Shown here: one piece after another, positions 15,323 to 20,000 of the stretch
Layout of the letters: each line of letters opens with the position of its first letter
Numbering within the stretch: the stretch's first letter is position 1
Source of the DNA: an uncultured virus (IMG/VR IMGVR_UViG_3300042475_003078)
Taxonomy: Duplodnaviria; Heunggongvirae; Uroviricota; Caudoviricetes
Reading direction: 5' to 3' (one strand)
Virus record (IMG/VR): IMGVR_UViG_3300042475_003078
DNA: 20,000 nucleotides
Notes under the pieces: model-generated
What the model was told of the DNA's origin: nothing
Databases searched by the model: none
Seen by the model: the letters and a program-made list of their open reading frames with translations, nothing else
Program-made: the position numbers and the translations under genes

Positions 15323-15823
15323 ATGGCTACTATTGATCTCTCTAACGGCTTAGGCGGCGCTCCTCGTCCGGTGCGTTCGCTTACGAACATTCCGTATTTC
15401 GTTGAGCAAGAAATTGACTGGGCTGTTGCAGCCACGGCTAAGGCATCTGCTCTGGCTGCTGCTGACGTCATTGAAGCTATCGATGTTCCCGCGAACACGA
15501 TGGTGCTCAATGCTGGCATTGAAGTCACTGCTGTTGCTACTGGCGAGTCCAACGACAACACCCTTGATCTTGGCATCACTGGTGTTGACGCTGACTGCTT
15601 CGTTGACGGCTTTGACCTTGACGCTGCTGCTGCTGGTGCTTATGCACAGAACGCTGCTGCTTATCAGCCGCTGATTGTTGGTGCTACTGCTGACACCATC
15701 GACGTTCTCATTGCCACTGCGACCACTGCCCCCACTGGCGGCAAGATTCGTGTGTGGGCGCTGTTGTGCAACATCGATGCTAAGCCCGCTCCTGGCGGCG
15801 TTGACCGCGACACACTGGCTTAA
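15323..15823 (+). CDS. Probable capsid decoration/cement protein (166 aa)
   Basis: Follows MCP before the terminator; RBS GAAAGGA; Ala/Thr/Asp-rich beta protein with codon bias like the MCP gene. Confidence 0.7.
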   Translation: MATIDLSNGLGGAPRPVRSLTNIPYFVEQEIDWAVAATAKASALAAADVIEAIDVPANTMVLNAGIEVTAVATGESNDNTLDLGITGVDADCFVDGFDLDAAAAGAYAQNAAAYQPLIVGATADTIDVLIATATTAPTGGKIRVWALLCNIDAKPAPGGVDRDTLA

Positions 15824-15834
15824 GCTGGTATAAC

Positions 15835-15877
15835 GGGGGAGTCGGGACAGGTCTGTCCTGTCTCCCCTTTTTGTTTT
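15835..15877 (+). terminator. Rho-independent terminator
   Basis: GGGGGAG/CTCCCCT and CGGGACAG/CTGTCCTG stems followed by TTTTTGTTTT. Confidence 0.85.
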
Positions 15878-15890
15878 CTAAGGAACTGAT

Positions 15891-16310
15891 ATGCCCATCA
15901 CACAAGCTATGTGCAATTCGTTCAAGACTGAGTTGCTTGGTGGCACTCACGATCTTGACACCGACACCATCAAGATTGCTTTGTTTACAAGCTCTGCTAC
16001 TCTTGGTGCTTCTACAACAGCCTATTCCACTTCTAACGAAGTGTCTGGTACAGGCTACACCGCTGGTGGCAATACGCTGGCTGGAGCAACCATTTCGTTG
16101 AGTGGCTCCACTGCCATTGTTGATTTTACTGACACAACCTGGTCCAGTGCCACCATCACTGCCAGAGGCGCTCTCATTTACAACAGCAGCAAGGCCGACA
16201 GAGCCATTGCTGTTCTTGACTTTAGCAGCGACAAGTCCAGCACCAATGGTGACTTCACTGTTGTGTTCCCTGCTGCTGACGCTTCTAACGCCATCATCCG
16301 CATTGCTTAA
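15891..16310 (+). CDS. Conserved phage structural protein (139 aa)
   Basis: RBS TAAGGA; CNSFKTELL...DTIKIALFTSSATL...NEVSGTGYTAGG...ITARGALIYN motif recalled from fibre-associated phage proteins. Confidence 0.85.
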   Translation: MPITQAMCNSFKTELLGGTHDLDTDTIKIALFTSSATLGASTTAYSTSNEVSGTGYTAGGNTLAGATISLSGSTAIVDFTDTTWSSATITARGALIYNSSKADRAIAVLDFSSDKSSTNGDFTVVFPAADASNAIIRIA

Positions 16311-16315
16311 TTGCT

Positions 16316-16522
16316 ATGAAGATTGACTTCTCCTTCGACACTCCTCACGGCAAGTTTGCCGACGCGCTTCATCTGCCTGATGACCACGGCTTCAGCGAAG
16401 CTGAAATCCAGGCGATGAAGGAGCAACGTCGAGACAACTGGATTGCTGTGGTGACAGCTCCGCCTGTTGAGGCTGAGCCTGAGTACATTGAGATCGACGG
16501 TGTTCGCTACGTGAAGGCGTAA
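16316..16522 (+). CDS. Small acidic protein (68 aa) preceding the fibre gene
   Basis: Fills the gap between two genes with 5-nt and 3-nt spacers; possible chaperone (inference). Confidence 0.75.
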   Translation: MKIDFSFDTPHGKFADALHLPDDHGFSEAEIQAMKEQRRDNWIAVVTAPPVEAEPEYIEIDGVRYVKA

Positions 16523-16525
16523 GAG

Positions 16526-19500
16526 ATGGCTGACAGGTTTTGGCGGGGTGGAACTGCGGCGTGGGATGGCACAGCAGGCACTAAATGGGCCGCTACAGTA
16601 GGCGGCGCTGGTGGTGCTTCTGTGCCTACCAGTGCTGACGACGTTTTCTTTGACGCCACCTCCTCCGGCACCTGCACCATCTCCAGCGGAAACACCGGTG
16701 CCAAGTCCATCAACTGCACTGGGTTTACGGGGACGTTGGCGGGTAATGCCGTCATTATCGTCTCTGGTAGCGTTACTCTAGTGGCGGGGATGACGTTTAC
16801 TTACAACGGTACGATGACGCTGAATGGTACAGGAACCTTGACCAGCGCAGGCAAGACGTTTGGTCCTGTTAATATCAGTGGTAGCGGCATCACTGTGACA
16901 TTGGGGGATGCACTGACGTCTTCTAATCAAATCACAATAACACAGGGTATATTTGACACTGCAAACTATAATATTACAGCTTCCGTTTTATCCTCAAGTA
17001 ATTCAAATATTCGAACAATCACCTTTGGATCTTCTACTGTTACACTAAGTTCTGCAAGCCAAGCTGTAAATTTTTCAACTAATACAAATTTAACTTTTAA
17101 TGCAAACACTTCTTCTATTGTTCTTTCTGGTGCTGGAGCAACGATAACGGGAGGAGCCACTAGTGGAACTGGGGTTACATTTTATAACGTATCCACTACA
17201 TCTACCGCAGTAAACACTTTTTTAATCCAATCAATCAACACCTTCAACAATCTGACCATTACCGCGCCATCATCTGCCGGTGTAGTTCAAGTCACCTTCG
17301 ACTCCCGCCAGACCATCAACGGCACCCTGTCCACCAGCGGCACCGCAGGCAACCGCAGAGTCTGGTTCCGTGCAAACACCTACGGCATCGCCCAAACCCT
17401 CACCATCAACTCAGCCCCAAGCCTGACCGACGCAGACTTCCGAGACCTCTACGTCATCGGCACAGCCGCGCCCATCAGCGGCACTCGTGTTGGCGACCTG
17501 CGTGGGTGCAGAGGCATCACCTTCGACACGCCGAAGACGGTGTACTGGAACCGTGCTGCTGGCGGCAACTGGTCTACGGACTCTTGGGCTGCAAGTTCTG
17601 GTGCTGGTGTCAGCACAGACAACTTCCCGTTGGCCCAGGATACCGCTGTCATCGAGAACACGGGGCTGAATACGTCGGCTACGGTGACGCTTGATGCGCC
17701 TGTGCCTTACTTTGGCACTATTGATATGTCCACTCGGACAAATGCGATGACGTTGGCTGGATCGACGGCTTATACGGTGTATGGTGATTGGGAGTTTGGC
17801 AGCGGAGTTACACGGTCCTATTCAGGCTCTTTGACTTTCTCTGGGCGAAATACGCAGGTCATTACGAGTGCGGGTAAATCGTTTTCTCAGGCTGTCACCG
17901 TTGACTCCTACGGCGGCACCGTTGAACTTGCTGACGCTTTAAATACTGGTGGCGGGGGGCTAATCGTCACCAACGGCACCTTCGACACCAAAAACTACAA
18001 CTTGACCACTACTCAGTTAAATTCATCCGGATCCACAGTTAGAGAAATAGTTTTTGGATCTAGTGTTTTAACGATGTCAAATTCAACAGCTATTGATTTT
18101 TCTACGTCTACAAACCTTACATTTGATGCAGGTACGTCAACAATTAACCACGGACATGCCGGAAATCCTGCTTTTTTTGGTGGTGGGTTGACTTTTTATA
18201 ATCTTAATTACACTTCAAACAATGCGGCAATTTGTTCTATAACAGGGACCAATACGTTTAACAATGTTACGGTTGCGTCTCCGTCTTCAGCCGGATTTCG
18301 GCAACTTACATTAGCGGCAGACCAAACCATCACCGGCACCCTAACCGTCGCCGGTGCCACAGCCGTTCGCCGCATCTTCGTCCGCTCTGACACCCTCGGC
18401 ACCACCCGCACCCTCACCGTAGGCACGCTGTCGGCCACCGACTGCGACTTCCGCGACATCACCATTGCAGGCACCGCAGCAGGCTCTTCTCCGACCCGTG
18501 CAGGCGATTGTGGCGGCAACAGCGGCATCACCTTCCCTGCGGCCAAGACCGTCTATTGGAACCTTGCTGGAGCACAGAACTGGTCTGCAACGGCTTGGGC
18601 ACCGGGCTCTGGTGGAAGTCCAGACATCAACAACTTCCCGTTGGCGCAGGACACGGCGGTGTTTGATGAAGCTGCTGGCAGCGTCACAGGCACCATCACC
18701 ATCAATACCGCATGGAACATCGGAACGCTTGACATGTCTGCTCGAACAAGCGCAATGACGTTGTCAACTAGCACCAATGCGCCGCTTGTCTACGGTGATT
18801 GGAAGTTTGGAACAGGGGTGACTAGTAACAGTACGACAGGCACGATTACGTTCGCCAAACGCGGAACGCAGACCATTACCAGCAACGGCATTACTTTTGG
18901 TTGTCCTGTCACGATAGATTCCGTTACTGGTGTTGTCCAGCTTGCTGATGCGTTGTCTCTAGGTTCCACAAGAACCCTGACACTAGCCAGCGGCACGTTT
19001 GACGCTGTCACATATAACGTGACGACGGGGTTGTTTGAGGTAACGGTTACAACAAATACAACATTAAAAATGGGTTCAGGAACATGGACGCTGTCTGGTA
19101 CGGGTAATTTCTGGATGGCCAGTAATGCCCCAAATGCGTTTTACAAAGGCACCGCAAACATTGTCTTGTCAGACACCAGCGCTTCTGCGCGTTCTTTTGC
19201 CGGACGTGGTCTCTCCTACAACAAACTCACCATCGGCGGCGCCACCGGCATATCCACGCTCACCATCAGTGGAAACAACCAATTCACCGAACTTGCCAGC
19301 ACCAAAACCGTAGCCCACACCATTGCCCTTGGCAGCACAACGCAGACCTTCGGCAAATGGACGGTGACGGGTACATCAGGCAACGTCGTCACCCTCACCG
19401 GCACAGGCACCTCGCACATCCTCGCAGGAGCCTGCACAGACAGCATTGACTACCTTGCGATGGGCAGCATTGGCTTTTCTGCAAATTCTCCTGGTGAGTT

Positions 19501-20000
19501 CTACGCTGGGGCCAACAGCACCGGCACAGCCGCAGCGCCTGTCTACCGCACAGCCAAGCCTGCCGACAGCACGCGCTACTGGGTAGGTGGCACAGGCAAC
19601 TGGAGCGACACCGCTCGTTGGTCTACAGGATCTGGTGGAGGCTCAGGCGCGTCTGTGCCGAGAAGCCATGATGATGTTGTCTTCGACAGCCTGTCCAACG
19701 CCACAGCCTACACAGCCACGGTGAACGCTGTCACTGGCGGCATTCGCTGCAAAGCCCTCACCATTGCAGGCCCGTTGGTGGGCAACGTGACGCTGGCGGG
19801 CAGCACAGCTATTGACGGTATTCACGGCAACGTGACGCTGCCTGCGACAGGGCTGACAAGGACGTACACGGGTGCTATCACGCTGTCTGGAAGCACGTCA
19901 GGCAAGGTGCTGACGACGAATGGTGTTGCGTTGGCATCGTCTATTACGGTGAATGGGGTTGGGTGTGAGTGGACGTTGGGGAGTGCTTTAGATTTGAGCA
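16526..20000 (+). CDS. Large repetitive Thr/Gly/Ser-rich adhesin-like fibre protein (partial, >=1158 aa)
   Basis: ATG 16526, MADRFWRGGTAAWDG...VPTSADDVFFD; same frame confirmed at 17522, 18542 and 19562; absent from the track, consistent with no in-window stop; about 335-341-aa repeats. Confidence 0.9.
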   Translation, partial: MADRFWRGGTAAWDGTAGTKWAATVGGAGGASVPTSADDVFFDATSSGTCTISSGNTGAKSINCTGFTGTLAGNAVIIVSGSVTLVAGMTFTYNGTMTLNGTGTLTSAGKTFGPVNISGSGITVTLGDALTSSNQITITQGIFDTANYNITASVLSSSNSNIRTITFGSSTVTLSSASQAVNFSTNTNLTFNANTSSIVLSGAGATITGGATSGTGVTFYNVSTTSTAVNTFLIQSINTFNNLTITAPSSAGVVQVTFDSRQTINGTLSTSGTAGNRRVWFRANTYGIAQTLTINSAPSLTDADFRDLYVIGTAAPISGTRVGDLRGCRGITFDTPKTVYWNRAAGGNWSTDSWAASSGAGVSTDNFPLAQDTAVIENTGLNTSATVTLDAPVPYFGTIDMSTRTNAMTLAGSTAYTVYGDWEFGSGVTRSYSGSLTFSGRNTQVITSAGKSFSQAVTVDSYGGTVELADALNTGGGGLIVTNGTFDTKNYNLTTTQLNSSGSTVREIVFGSSVLTMSNSTAIDFSTSTNLTFDAGTSTINHGHAGNPAFFGGGLTFYNLNYTSNNAAICSITGTNTFNNVTVASPSSAGFRQLTLAADQTITGTLTVAGATAVRRIFVRSDTLGTTRTLTVGTLSATDCDFRDITIAGTAAGSSPTRAGDCGGNSGITFPAAKTVYWNLAGAQNWSATAWAPGSGGSPDINNFPLAQDTAVFDEAAGSVTGTITINTAWNIGTLDMSARTSAMTLSTSTNAPLVYGDWKFGTGVTSNSTTGTITFAKRGTQTITSNGITFGCPVTIDSVTGVVQLADALSLGSTRTLTLASGTFDAVTYNVTTGLFEVTVTTNTTLKMGSGTWTLSGTGNFWMASNAPNAFYKGTANIVLSDTSASARSFAGRGLSYNKLTIGGATGISTLTISGNNQFTELASTKTVAHTIALGSTTQTFGKWTVTGTSGNVVTLTGTGTSHILAGACTDSIDYLAMGSIGFSANSPGEFYAGANSTGTAAAPVYRTAKPADSTRYWVGGTGNWSDTARWSTGSGGGSGASVPRSHDDVVFDSLSNATAYTATVNAVTGGIRCKALTIAGPLVGNVTLAGSTAIDGIHGNVTLPATGLTRTYTGAITLSGSTSGKVLTTNGVALASSITVNGVGCEWTLGSALDLS

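Larger units (their letters stand above)
1..20000 (+). mobile_element. Tailed dsDNA bacteriophage segment: packaging, head and start of fibre module
   Basis: Co-oriented terS-terL-portal-scaffold-MCP-decoration order; tight gene packing with many TAATG/ATGA overlaps; no cellular housekeeping genes. Confidence 0.97.

Noticed and set aside
15180..15336. T7-like frameshift or readthrough fusing MCP to the downstream protein
   Set aside because: Stops occur shortly after 15212 in both the MCP frame and the decoration-gene frame; the third frame gives a featureless tail; no clear slippery site
844..19825. All minus-strand ORFs and nested alternate-frame plus ORFs (e.g. 14403..15305, 9432..10010, 11498..12061)
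   Set aside because: Shadows of well-supported + strand genes; no recognisable motifs
16526..20000. Diversity-generating retroelement target in the fibre gene
   Set aside because: No reverse transcriptase and no adenine-only mismatched TR/VR pair seen within the window
1..20000. tRNA, rRNA or CRISPR array
   Set aside because: No cloverleaf, rRNA-like tract or regularly spaced repeats seen; intergenic gaps are short

Overview
A 20 kb segment of a tailed dsDNA phage genome, with podovirus-like head gene order and all credible genes on the + strand. In order: a free-standing HNH endonuclease; a translationally coupled cluster of small Lys/Arg-rich proteins; terminase small and large subunits; portal; an uncharacterised 407-aa protein; scaffold; major capsid protein (MCP); a probable decoration protein; a terminator; and a >1150-aa repetitive adhesin-like fibre gene that runs off the window. 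Two essential head genes are each split by a subgroup IA2-like group I intron whose splice sites can be read from the sequence. The terL intron (6372-7223) lies inside the Walker A motif and carries a GIY-YIG ORF in P9. The MCP intron (13592-14428) carries an HNH-like ORF in P5, with a possible internal promoter and RBS-occluding hairpin. The most novel-looking signal is a short peptide tag, [MFLA]-[AQR]-[KEYF]-G-G-x-(V/A). It recurs eight times in five otherwise dissimilar proteins. One of these is the 407-aa protein, which occupies the usual prohead-protease slot and carries a DDVxAxLSxGEFVIPA domain. This suggests an undescribed tag/reader system for processing or packaging internal virion proteins (inference). 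All family names are from motif recall, not database searches.
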